DNA of 27,981 nt from Amoebidium appalachense. Taxonomy: Eukaryota; Protista; Ichthyosporea. Numbering within the stretch: position 1 is the first letter of the stretch; every line of letters begins with the position of its first letter. Shown piece by piece: positions 17,944 through 26,465 of this stretch. The position numbers and the translations under genes are program-made. Under the pieces are notes generated by a model that saw only the letters and a list, made by a program, of their open reading frames with translations, was not told where the DNA came from and did not search any database. Where the stretch lies: contig CAVNZM010000050.1 in NCBI GenBank assembly GCA_963693365.1, positions 1 to 27,981 of the forward strand. The letters are read 5' to 3'.

Positions 17944-19482
17944 TCAACAGCCCAGTCTGGGCTGCACGCTGGCGGGGACCAGCCCCTCGTATGCGTTCCT
18001 GAACACCTGCGCCGTGTACTTGAACTCGGCAACCTCCGGGCTGTGGGGTACCTCCCGCTCCAGCCAAACCGCCGTGGCCAAGATGATGGTGTAGGCCTGG
18101 CGGGCAGTGATCTCGGTGGACATGACCGCACGTCCCCAGCCGAGTGCTGAGCGCAGCTTGATGGCGCGCTGGATAGCCATGTCAGCTCCGATGACCCCCA
18201 CCACTGCCGTGTCGGGCTTGTCGGTGTATATGTCCACGTTCAGCACCTCGAGCACGTAGCGGCGCACGAGTCCAACAGAGCCCTTGGTAGACCCTCCAAA
18301 CATGGCGGCGGTGACGCTGCGGGGAAGGTTGTACAGGCGGTCACGCAGGAAGGGGTTGCCTGTGCCACCGAGGGCGGAGCTGTCCGGGTCCTCGGGTAGG
18401 ATGCGGGGGGTGAAGGCCTGGGCCGTGCTGTTGAGGGCGCTGGTGAGGCGGGCCACGTGGGACTTGCTGTACTCGATGATGAGCTCCTGCTGCTCAATGA
18501 GGGTGTCCCGGTCCCGGATGGTCTTGTTGCGCTCCTCGATGGTAATGTTCCGGTCCTCGATTGTGCGCTGCATGTTCTGGAGCAGCGTCTGCCAGTAGGC
18601 AGCCCCGTGCTCCTCGGATCCCCCGGCACCCCCGTTCTCCACGTACTCCCCGAACAGGCGAGCGCCGCTGCCCTCGGGGAGGGACTCCTGAAGACGACGG
18701 TTGGCGCGCACCTCGTCAACCAAAGTCTCGTCACCACCCAGGTAGCGCACGATGAGCTCAGCGGCCGCAGCCTTGAAAGCAGCAACCTTGGGACCGGTCA
18801 GGGCCAGGATGATGCGCACCAGCTGCTTAGCATCGGCGACCGGGCGGGGGTTCTGATGATCAACTGAGTCGGAGTATCCGACCGAGTTAATCAAGGACTG
18901 ATCTGCGTCCATCACCTCCTTGAATTTGTCCTTGGGGTTACCATAACCAATCGCCGCTAGAACATCAAACACATCCGCCTTCCGGGGCACGGTGTTGGTG
19001 CAGCGGATGGTCTTGCCGCCCCAGTCTCCCCCGCCCTCCCCGAACTTGAACAGAGTCACAGCCAGCCCGTCGCCGTCGAGGTCCATGCCCGGAACCGCCG
19101 TGGGCAGCTGGCGCATGGCTTCGGCAAGGGCCTTGTTGTCCGCCACCTTCCAGATGCTGATGGAGGGGTCGCCGAGTACACCACGCACGGAGGTGGCGTG
19201 CACCTGTTCACGCAGGCGGACGAGGGACAGGGTCTTGCCGGACGGCAGGGTGCGGGTGTCCTGGGCGACAACCCCAAATCGCTTGGTGTCGCCGAGGGCT
19301 GTGGCGGCACGCTCGTGCAGGTCGGTGTGGTCGGAGAGGAGCGCCCAGTAGCGGATGCGGGAGCGCTCGGGGTCAAGCAGAAGGGTGCGGATGGTGTCCT
19401 CAAGGGATGCGTTCTCCTCCATACTGTCGTCCGTGTCCATGCTGTCGATGTTGTCGCTCTGCATGTTGTTGTTGATGTCCAT
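17944..19482 (-). CDS. Bro-N/KilA-like viral DNA-binding protein, divergent multi-domain paralogue
   Basis: TIRCT...ADVFDVL...PVAD...LTGPKVAAFK...IVRYLGGDETLVDEV followed by a coiled coil. ATG 19482 chosen because it follows the TATA/Inr promoter. Confidence 0.75.
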   Translation of the reverse strand: MDINNNMQSDNIDSMDTDDSMEENASLEDTIRTLLLDPERSRIRYWALLSDHTDLHERAATALGDTKRFGVVAQDTRTLPSGKTLSLVRLREQVHATSVRGVLGDPSISIWKVADNKALAEAMRQLPTAVPGMDLDGDGLAVTLFKFGEGGGDWGGKTIRCTNTVPRKADVFDVLAAIGYGNPKDKFKEVMDADQSLINSVGYSDSVDHQNPRPVADAKQLVRIILALTGPKVAAFKAAAAELIVRYLGGDETLVDEVRANRRLQESLPEGSGARLFGEYVENGGAGGSEEHGAAYWQTLLQNMQRTIEDRNITIEERNKTIRDRDTLIEQQELIIEYSKSHVARLTSALNSTAQAFTPRILPEDPDSSALGGTGNPFLRDRLYNLPRSVTAAMFGGSTKGSVGLVRRYVLEVLNVDIYTDKPDTAVVGVIGADMAIQRAIKLRSALGWGRAVMSTEITARQAYTIILATAVWLEREVPHSPEVAEFKYTAQVFRNAYEGLVPASVQPRLGC

Positions 19483-19516
19483 GTTCTGGGTTGTCTCCGT
19501 CTTGATGGTTGCTGCA

Positions 19517-19558
19517 GAATGATGAATTATGGTCTGGACTGCTCCTTTTATACCTTCA
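19517..19558 (-). promoter_or_regulatory. TATA box + initiator promoter
   Basis: Minus-strand TGAAGGTATAAAAGGAGC (T at 19552), TCATTC with A at 19520 (32 nt). Confidence 0.75.
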
Positions 19559-19720
19559 GGTCTAACCACCGATGGTGCCAAAATCGATGGTGATGGTGAG
19601 TTTGGGCACCAAACTAATGAACCCTGAATTTCAGGGATGATGATTATTGTCTCATTCGGATGTTGATCACAATTGTCGGACGACCCGACAACAGCGAACA
19701 CATATCTGACCGCACAATAT

Positions 19721-19796
19721 TATCTGCACTGCAGATTTTTCCGTCCAACTTGGCAATGAGCTGCTTTGTCCCCTTCAGCTCGTACCAATCAAACCA
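19721..19796 (-). pseudogene. KilA-N gene remnant, copy 2 of a 76-bp direct repeat
   Basis: Encodes WFDWYELKGTKQLIAKLD. No in-frame start found upstream. Confidence 0.65.
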
Positions 19797-19855
19797 CGCG
19801 TATCTGTCACATAATTAGTATGAAAGAGAAGCAAGCCAGAGATATCACAGATATA

Positions 19856-21367
19856 TCACACACTTGCATTCGGAGTTGTCGCTGCTGCTTTCGCGATGTC
19901 TTCCACAAGCCGCTCTCCATCCCTGCGCCTCGGCAGTCCTGCGGCTTCAAGCTCGGCATCGGTCAACACGACCGTTTTCTTGGTTATTACCTCTCTTATT
20001 ACCTGTGTGTACCGTGGGTCATCAAGATTCGGCTGCACCACATTTATCTCTCCTCCATGCATCTTAGCCCAGTAGAGTTCGGTCAGTTGCTTCCCGTACA
20101 GGGACAGCACGGCCCCGATTTTGTAGACTGCCCGGAATCCTCTGTCCACCTTCTCAAGCTTTGTCGTTATATGATTGCAGACCCGTTCCCCAATGGTGTT
20201 TCCATTGCCCGGTTGGGAACCCCAGTCGAAGCTTGACGTGCGCAGGAGTATGTAGACCATCAACCAGGAGGCACATGCCGAGTCGTGTATTTCGTTTCTA
20301 TCGACAAGTTCCTCATACAAAACCCTCCTAAAACTTGTCTGAAGGCTCTTACATACAGATTCGTGTTGGTAGGTGCGCAGAACTTTCGAGCTTCCAGTGT
20401 AACCGGCCCCCTCAAGGAACATACAGAGGGCGTCAGCGATTAGCCCTGCCGGGGCAGACATGTTAAAGCACTCGACCACCTTGACTTGCGAATCGATAAT
20501 GACAACAGAAGCATGCTCTGGGCTCGACACATGCATTATATAGTAGCGCTCACGTTCTTGGCTTTTCAGCCATGAAGAGAGGTTCGACACGAATGCTTTC
20601 GGGCATCTGAAACCCCACTTTCCTGCTGACACCTTCCAAGTGGACATTTTACCATTGTCCGTCACAACACTGAGTGCTGGTGTGGACTTGGGGACAGCAT
20701 CACTATTATGCTCTATTTTGAGGGATGTGCCAGGGGAAAAACGAACAGATTTTGGCAGATAGGTTTGCAGCAGTACGAAGGTGTTGTCCCGAGACCTGGC
20801 GCCACACCCTGCCACAGCCGGTGAGGCTTCAACGGAGCCAACCCCAATCAGCTCGGTCAGTGACTTCTGAAGATCAACGAGACCGTTGTACCAGTCAAAT
20901 AGAAGTGGCCACGTTTTTTGTATGTCCTCCATCATGTCCGAGGGCGTAGGTCTTCCAGGGACAATAGCCTGTTTGTACTTTTCGGCCACGTAGGGAGCAC
21001 ACTTCACCACAATCGACCCGAAACGGTGCTTCCGCTGGTCCACGAGAAACCGGCTTTTTGAATCATACCTTACAGCAAACTTGTATTCCGTACCAGCTGT
21101 TTGACGCATACAAATAAACAACAATCTGTAGCCACCCAGCCCTGCTTCAAAAACCAGAGATGTAACACAGGTCAGACAGACTGGTTCGACATCATTTTGA
21201 GTGCTCCACAAGTTGATGGAGAGACAGACGTCCCCCATAGCCCACTTGTATGTCTGGGTGTTGCGGGGTTTCAGATGTGCGTCTTCCAACTTGAAATGTT
21301 GGGTATTGCGTTTGACAAACTTGAAGAAGCAGTGGGGCCTTACCGACAATGTCTGTGTTAAAGCCAT
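19856..21367 (-). CDS. Putative CE-clan (Ulp1/adenain-like) cysteine protease, paralogue 2 (intact)
   Basis: 503 aa. HASVVIID...VECFN...LQ...DSACASWLMVYILLR gives His-Asn-(Gln)-Cys order. Collinear with 9924..11429. Confidence 0.7.
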   Translation of the reverse strand: MALTQTLSVRPHCFFKFVKRNTQHFKLEDAHLKPRNTQTYKWAMGDVCLSINLWSTQNDVEPVCLTCVTSLVFEAGLGGYRLLFICMRQTAGTEYKFAVRYDSKSRFLVDQRKHRFGSIVVKCAPYVAEKYKQAIVPGRPTPSDMMEDIQKTWPLLFDWYNGLVDLQKSLTELIGVGSVEASPAVAGCGARSRDNTFVLLQTYLPKSVRFSPGTSLKIEHNSDAVPKSTPALSVVTDNGKMSTWKVSAGKWGFRCPKAFVSNLSSWLKSQERERYYIMHVSSPEHASVVIIDSQVKVVECFNMSAPAGLIADALCMFLEGAGYTGSSKVLRTYQHESVCKSLQTSFRRVLYEELVDRNEIHDSACASWLMVYILLRTSSFDWGSQPGNGNTIGERVCNHITTKLEKVDRGFRAVYKIGAVLSLYGKQLTELYWAKMHGGEINVVQPNLDDPRYTQVIREVITKKTVVLTDAELEAAGLPRRRDGERLVEDIAKAAATTPNASV

Positions 21368-21494
21368 CTACACAACAGCCGAATTTTTCGACATATGGGT
21401 GGTTCCCTGGGACAGTTTCGGATGGGTTCCCGCGCGGGGGTGGGGGGGGGGGGGGGGATTGCGTCCATTCTGTGACCGATATATGCAAAAGAGT

Positions 21495-21898
21495 TTATAT
21501 CCCTGCTGCACCGATGCCAGCAGGCTTGACGCAGCAGAAGTCCGGCGCGCACGGCATCGACGTGGCCCTGCGCCGCTTGCACCGCAGCACCCCGCCGGTC
21601 TTGGGGTCCGGTCGGTAGAGGTTGCAGCCCACAAACTGGTTGCACGGCACGAGCGACGGATGCTGCGGAACCACCGTGCGGCACAGCCACCCGCACCCCA
21701 CCCCCGGCACCGGCACCTGCGAGCACACGGGCGCTGCGGTGGCCGTCTGCGCAGTGAGCCGTGTGCATCTGGATGGTTGGGTGAGGGTGGGGGTCGGGGG
21801 TGGTTGGCGCCGGCGTCGGGGGGGGCCGTCACGTAGCTGGCGGCGGCGGCGGCGGCTTGTGCAAGTAGGGCAACGAGCACGTACATTACCGTGTGCAT
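21495..21898 (-). CDS. Secreted Cys-rich protein; two frameshifts in C runs
   Basis: Signal peptide MHTVMYVLVALLAQAAAAAA, a P/T linker broken at homopolymers ~21796-21825, then a Cys-rich domain (CSQV...CGWLC...PCNQFVGC...RC...PCAPDFCC). Confidence 0.55.
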
Positions 21899-21997
21899 GG
21901 ATAATAGTTGTGGGGGCAGGGGTGTTCTTGTTTGTTGGGGGGAGGGGGGGGGGGGAGGTCCCAGAGCTGGTTGTGTTTTATTTATTGCGGCCTGCAC

Positions 21998-22074
21998 AAG
22001 AAACGAAACTTTGAAGGTATGTCGTTGGGCTAACTGCGATTGAAGAAACGAAACTTTGAAGGTATGTTGTTGGG
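21998..22074. repeat. 32-bp direct repeat, period 45 bp
   Basis: AAGAAACGAAACTTTGAAGGTATGT(C/T)GTTGGG at 21998-22029 and 22043-22074. Confidence 0.9.
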
Positions 22075-22116
22075 TCCGGAACAGCAGGTGACAACTTCCC
22101 TCCCTTACCAAACGAG

Positions 22117-22139
22117 CAATTGGTCACTTTGACCAATTG
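22117..22139. other. Perfect hairpin (10-bp stem, 3-nt loop)
   Basis: CAATTGGTCA-CTT-TGACCAATTG, about 50 nt downstream of the 22192..23124 stop. Confidence 0.7.
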
Positions 22140-22191
22140 GTCCCCTGTCGTATCCAATAGATGCTGGTTGGTGTGCCTCGGCCACTATACG

Positions 22192-23124
22192 CTACACAAC
22201 GTGCTTCGCCAGGAAGCTCACAGGGTACAGCTTGACCGTGCGCACGTCCCCGTTGACCACCATCTGCGTCGTCTCGGGCTCGCACCCCATCTCGTCACGC
22301 CAGGCCTTGCTGACCATGCGGCCGAGCGCAGAGGCGGACTTGCACTTGATGCCACGGTCGACCACGAACTTCCCCACCGTGACATAGTCGGAGAGGGTGG
22401 TGCCTTCGATGGCCCGCAGACCCTGGTTGGGGAGCAGCATGTTGGAGACCGAGTCGTTGACGAGCTGTCGCATGCGCGGGTCACGGTCCAGCCCCAGGCG
22501 CTCAAGCAGCGCCTCGTACTGGGCGAGGTTGTCCATAGCCATCTTCTGGTTCTCCCTCTCGAGACGCGTGATCTCCGCCTCCTCCCGGCGCAGACGCAGC
22601 CTCCGCTCCTCCTCCAGCTCCTCGCGGCGGCGCTTGCGGTCAGGGGTCTCGTCCGTGCCGTTGCGGAAGAACTCGCGCTCCTCGGGGGTGCTGTTGTCGT
22701 AGCGGGCCTCGATCTCCACGATGAGAAGCAAATCGCCAGAGAGGAGGCGCGCCATGTACTGGGCAGAAGTCTTACGGAAATCATGAGCGCGCTTGCCAGG
22801 GAGCAGGTAGATGATCTCGAGGAGGGTGCGGAAGGGGGCAACCGGGGTCACATTTCCCTTTCCGTTTATCTTCAGGTCTACAACACCCTGCAAAACCTCG
22901 GTTCTGAACCCGTTACCACCAGTAACGGGTTCACCCGGAGACTTCCGCATGTCAAACCACGCCTTCCTGGCAGTGGTGGAACTGCCCACGACCAATTCAA
23001 TCACATCGAGGACGCTCGCCATCTTGCTGGCTTTGTCGACGCGGACCGTTGCATCCTTGAACTGGGGGAACTCCTTCCACAGAAGCGACATGTCCACCTT
23101 TGAGTTGCTCTGTCCGGTAGCCAT
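22192..23124 (-). CDS. Bro-N/KilA-like viral DNA-binding protein, paralogue 2
   Basis: Collinear with 6629..7537, sharing DMSLLWKEFPQFK, MASVLDVI and STPEEREFFRNGTDETPDRKRRREELEEERRLR. Confidence 0.75.
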   Translation of the reverse strand: MATGQSNSKVDMSLLWKEFPQFKDATVRVDKASKMASVLDVIELVVGSSTTARKAWFDMRKSPGEPVTGGNGFRTEVLQGVVDLKINGKGNVTPVAPFRTLLEIIYLLPGKRAHDFRKTSAQYMARLLSGDLLLIVEIEARYDNSTPEEREFFRNGTDETPDRKRRREELEEERRLRLRREEAEITRLERENQKMAMDNLAQYEALLERLGLDRDPRMRQLVNDSVSNMLLPNQGLRAIEGTTLSDYVTVGKFVVDRGIKCKSASALGRMVSKAWRDEMGCEPETTQMVVNGDVRTVKLYPVSFLAKHVV

Positions 23125-23133
23125 CCTGTGTCA

Positions 23134-23173
23134 GACTGACCCCAGGTGGCCGTGTGTGCTCCTTTTATACCTG
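23134..23173 (-). promoter_or_regulatory. TATA box + initiator promoter
   Basis: Minus-strand CAGGTATAAAAGGAGC (T at 23169), TCAGTC with A at 23137 (32 nt), ATG at 23124. Confidence 0.75.
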
Positions 23174-23271
23174 CGCGTGGCACCCTCAGTCGTGCTGAGG
23201 GCAGGTTGGTGCTTATCCATTGAAATGTCAAGCTGCGTGCCGCGGGTGACAATTTTGAATGGGTTCCTGCG

Positions 23272-23314
23272 CGGGGCTGGGGGGGGCTGGGGGGGGCTGG
23301 GGGTGGCTGGGGGG
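23272..23314 (+). repeat. G-rich tandem repeat, potential G-quadruplex
   Basis: GGGGCT GGGGGGGGCT GGGGGGGGCT GGGGGTGGCT GGGGGG, 10-bp period. Confidence 0.7.
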
Positions 23315-23349
23315 AGCTTGTGAAACTCGTGTGCGCGTGTGCGTTGTGT

Positions 23350-23507
23350 GCCTCGTGTGCCTCGCAGGCCTCGCGCGCGCGGTGGTTCCGGTGGTTCCTT
23401 TATTGGTTCCTCGTGTGTCCCCCACAGCCACCCCCAGCCACCCAGGGCCCCGGGGGGGAGGGGTGCTCACCCCTCGCATGCCTCGCGCGCCTCGCCCGCC
23501 TCGCGGG
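23350..23507 (-). repeat. Two arrays of 9-bp CCTCG(C)nnn repeats
   Basis: 23351-23377 (x3) and 23472-23507 (x4), reading GCGAGG(C) on the minus strand. Confidence 0.8.
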
Positions 23508-23548
23508 GTGGGGTGTGTGTGCGTTTGTGTGTTTCTTCTCGGACAACT

Positions 23549-24217
23549 CTAATTTGCCATGATCTTGCTATACACTATCTTGTGGGCACGGGTGTGTCTG
23601 CCAGGTTTCCCTATAGAGACACGCTCTCCTGCGGGAACAAACGACGACCCGCCCAAAACCCGTGTCAGCACCGTTCCCAGTCTCTTGATCCCCACCTCGC
23701 AATCGTCCAACATATTTATATCAGCCCATTGTCGCATGCAACCGGCCATCCCCGATGTCGTAACCCAGGTCCCATTCTCGATACCAAAGCTGTGTGTTCC
23801 GCGTGCGCCTGTCGCTATGTCCTTTAGAAAGTGTATTTCGTTCGACTCCTGTGCCCTCTCCGTTGGTTTTGTCCGGGTTGTGCAGATGTCCCCGTGACAC
23901 CCCCAAATTAGCCGCAGAGTGTCGGGCTCCACCGTCACAAACACCCCAAGAGATTCTATGGTCTCAACGGCAACCCTATAAACCTCGATGGATGCGTAAC
24001 CAAAGAGGTGCACACGAGCTTGTCGACCAGGGTAGAAGCGTTGGTACGCCTGCACCTGTCCAAGCGCAGCCTTCCACTGTGCCACACGCTTGACCTCGAT
24101 GATCTGCGTGTCCGTGAGCAGGTCGATTCGGCCGGCTGGCGTGACCACTTCGCACTTCCCCCCCTCAATCCTGGCTAACCGATCTCTGACCGACGCTTCA
24201 TCATACGATGCCATCAT
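23549..24217 (-). CDS. PD-(D/E)XK nuclease fused to a D5-like C-terminal (winged-helix-like) domain, copy 1
   Basis: E..VRD.LA..EGG..EV.TPAGRIDLLT...IIEVK...WKAALGQV..Y. The C-terminus aligns with the helicase C-terminus. Confidence 0.8.
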   Translation of the reverse strand: MMASYDEASVRDRLARIEGGKCEVVTPAGRIDLLTDTQIIEVKRVAQWKAALGQVQAYQRFYPGRQARVHLFGYASIEVYRVAVETIESLGVFVTVEPDTLRLIWGCHGDICTTRTKPTERAQESNEIHFLKDIATGARGTHSFGIENGTWVTTSGMAGCMRQWADINMLDDCEVGIKRLGTVLTRVLGGSSFVPAGERVSIGKPGRHTRAHKIVYSKIMAN

Positions 24218-24316
24218 AATAGGGTACCAAAAAAAACACGACTCATTTTTATATTATAAGCCAGTCCGGGTGTTATGAATCCGATATAACACCAATCACA
24301 ACAAAACCACCGACAC

Positions 24317-24430
24317 ACCACCAACCTACCCAAGTTACCACCAACCTACCAACAGTAATCGCGATTTAGATTAGTAGAATTAGACCCAAACGTCGATTTC
24401 ACTTATAAATAGTACTAGGTTGGGTAGGTT
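24317..24430. repeat. Iteron-like direct and inverted repeats around an AT-rich core
   Basis: ACCACCAACCTACC at 24317 and 24337. TTGGGTAGGTT at 24420-24430 is the reverse complement of 24323-24333. Confidence 0.7.
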
Positions 24431-24610
24431 CAGTGGGTTGTTTTGGGGATTGAGTCGAGCTGGGGCAAAAACAAACGAACACCATTCGCGTAGCGGTACA
24501 TGCAGCGCCTCTCCAAACAACATGTGCACAGAAAATGTGTTATCCCCCCCACACCCTTCTTGCCCCGGTGCGTGTTGGGGTCGCGTAGATATTTTCTATA
24601 CCGTATCATA

Positions 24611-26134
24611 ATGGACACATCCGACTCAGCTATGTACTTTACAGATGTGAATCAGCATGCTGTAGAACAGATAAGCAGAAAGAGGTTTGAGGCTTTTGAG
24701 TACCTGGGACCAGACGCCTTTATGGGGCTTCGTATGAACCCAGCCACATGTGACAGTCGAGAATGGACCAGGGAGCAGGTGGAAATGTTCATCGGCGCAA
24801 ATGTCGCACACATCGCCGGAACAACAATGTTTGTGCTTAAAACGTATGATCACGAATTGGGTGTGCACGTTGCAAAGATAGTGAGCAAGCAAGAGATCTT
24901 TGCGACCCTGTCGTTGTTCTCGTTCCGACAACCAGTAGACAAACGTGGTAAGACCGTGAAGCCCCAGCCGCCGATTAATGGCACCGAAATACTCAAGACT
25001 ACCGCAATCCCAATATATACCAAGATCATTTTTGACCCCTCAGATCCTGACCCCAAAACACAAGCACGCAAACCAACCAACATAGATCCCGTGTACCGGC
25101 CGTACAACATATACAGAGGTTTGCGCATCAAGTATGACCCGGAGTATGGTCTGCGGGATGATCTCACCCGTCTCTTCAAGGAGCACGCGTTCAAAGTGCT
25201 TTGCAACGGCCGAGCAGAGGAGTATAACTATCTGCGGACATGGGTTTGTCATCTGTTCCAATATCCTGCAAACAAACCAGGGACTGCACTCCTCTTTGTA
25301 TCAGAGCAGGGAACAGGAAAGAATGTGTGGTGGCAAGCCATCATGGATATCATTTCACCAGAGTACTACGCATATGTCATCCATAGAGAACACATGTCGG
25401 GGAAGTTCAACCAACACCTTGCAAACAAAATCCTGGTGCTGTGCGACGAAGTAACATGGGGCGGATCACATGAAACAAACAACCTCATGAAAGCGCGCAT
25501 CACTCAGCCTACTATGATGCTTGAGAAGAAGGGATGCGATGCCATCAACACAAACTCATATGAGAGATATGTGGTGTTGTCCAACGAGGACTGGCCTGTG
25601 AGAGTGGAAACGAGTGACAGGCGCTGGGCCTGCTTTGGGGTGAGTCCCGAGCGCATTGGAGACCACGAGTATTTCGAGCGGTTTGTTATATACCACAGAC
25701 AACCCGAGGTGTTGAAAGCCATATACCACGACTTCATGAACGAGCCCTGTGTTCCACATACCATGCCGCGCCCCATTGACAACGACACAAAACTAAATAT
25801 CAAATCAATCAGTCGTAGTGATGAGGAACAATTCTTGAAGGATCTCATTGCTCACAAAAACGGGTGTGAAAACTTTACGTTCATTCATGACGGATGCTCT
25901 GTAATACCTTCAGGTCTTTTCGAACTATTTCGGGAATGGCACAAGATGAACGCACGTGACACCAAAACTCCCAGCTTGCGCACTTTTGGAAGTTCTATGA
26001 GGAAAATCCTGGGAAGGACCAAGACAACACTTGCAGCGAAGATCTGCACCTGGCCATCCCACCCACCTATAAATGGAGCTTCGGGAAGGGCTGACTGCTA
26101 CACCATATGTGCCAAAGCTATATCCAAGGCCTGA
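24611..26134 (+). CDS. Superfamily 3 helicase, D5/NrS-1-like, lacking a recognisable primase domain
   Basis: Walker A SEQGTGKN, Walker B LVLCDE, motif C VVLSN, Arg finger SDRRW, upstream YNIYRG and YL..W..H..Q.P..K motifs, and a C-terminal winged-helix-like segment. ATG 24611. Confidence 0.9.
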   Translation: MDTSDSAMYFTDVNQHAVEQISRKRFEAFEYLGPDAFMGLRMNPATCDSREWTREQVEMFIGANVAHIAGTTMFVLKTYDHELGVHVAKIVSKQEIFATLSLFSFRQPVDKRGKTVKPQPPINGTEILKTTAIPIYTKIIFDPSDPDPKTQARKPTNIDPVYRPYNIYRGLRIKYDPEYGLRDDLTRLFKEHAFKVLCNGRAEEYNYLRTWVCHLFQYPANKPGTALLFVSEQGTGKNVWWQAIMDIISPEYYAYVIHREHMSGKFNQHLANKILVLCDEVTWGGSHETNNLMKARITQPTMMLEKKGCDAINTNSYERYVVLSNEDWPVRVETSDRRWACFGVSPERIGDHEYFERFVIYHRQPEVLKAIYHDFMNEPCVPHTMPRPIDNDTKLNIKSISRSDEEQFLKDLIAHKNGCENFTFIHDGCSVIPSGLFELFREWHKMNARDTKTPSLRTFGSSMRKILGRTKTTLAAKICTWPSHPPINGASGRADCYTICAKAISKA

Positions 26135-26199
26135 CCCCATTCTTTTTCTCCTGATATTCTCATTATGTTCTCCTTATACTAATTAGCATAATGGGAACA

Positions 26200-26430
26200 T
26201 AAGGGGATAATCATTGGATAATTGTCATGCGTTAATTAACAAGAACCAATCAAAATTAAGCTTGTTAACTCTACTACTATAAATGGCTAATTAATAAGGG
26301 GATAAGGAGAATAAGGGGATGGTTAAAGCTATGGGGGTTGCAGCCTTTGGTGCCATTTCATTGGCTAATGGGGGGATGGGATGCCTTTGCAAAATGGTCT
26401 GAAGTATCCCCTTATTCGGCATACCCCTTA
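26200..26430. repeat. TAAGGGGAT motif cluster in AT-rich intergenic DNA
   Basis: Direct copies at ~26200, 26295 and 26312. Inverted copies TATCCCCTTA (26405) and ATACCCCTTA (26421). Confidence 0.7.
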
Positions 26431-26465
26431 CGGTGGCATATTTTTTCTTTCCTACTTATGAGAGG

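Noticed and set aside
19483-19701. Upstream extension of ORF 17944..19701
   Set aside because: Contains the TATA/Inr promoter, so it lies mostly upstream of the predicted transcription start.
21998-22074. Possible CRISPR array
   Set aside because: Only two repeats with a 13-bp spacer, no cas genes, and a eukaryotic virus context.
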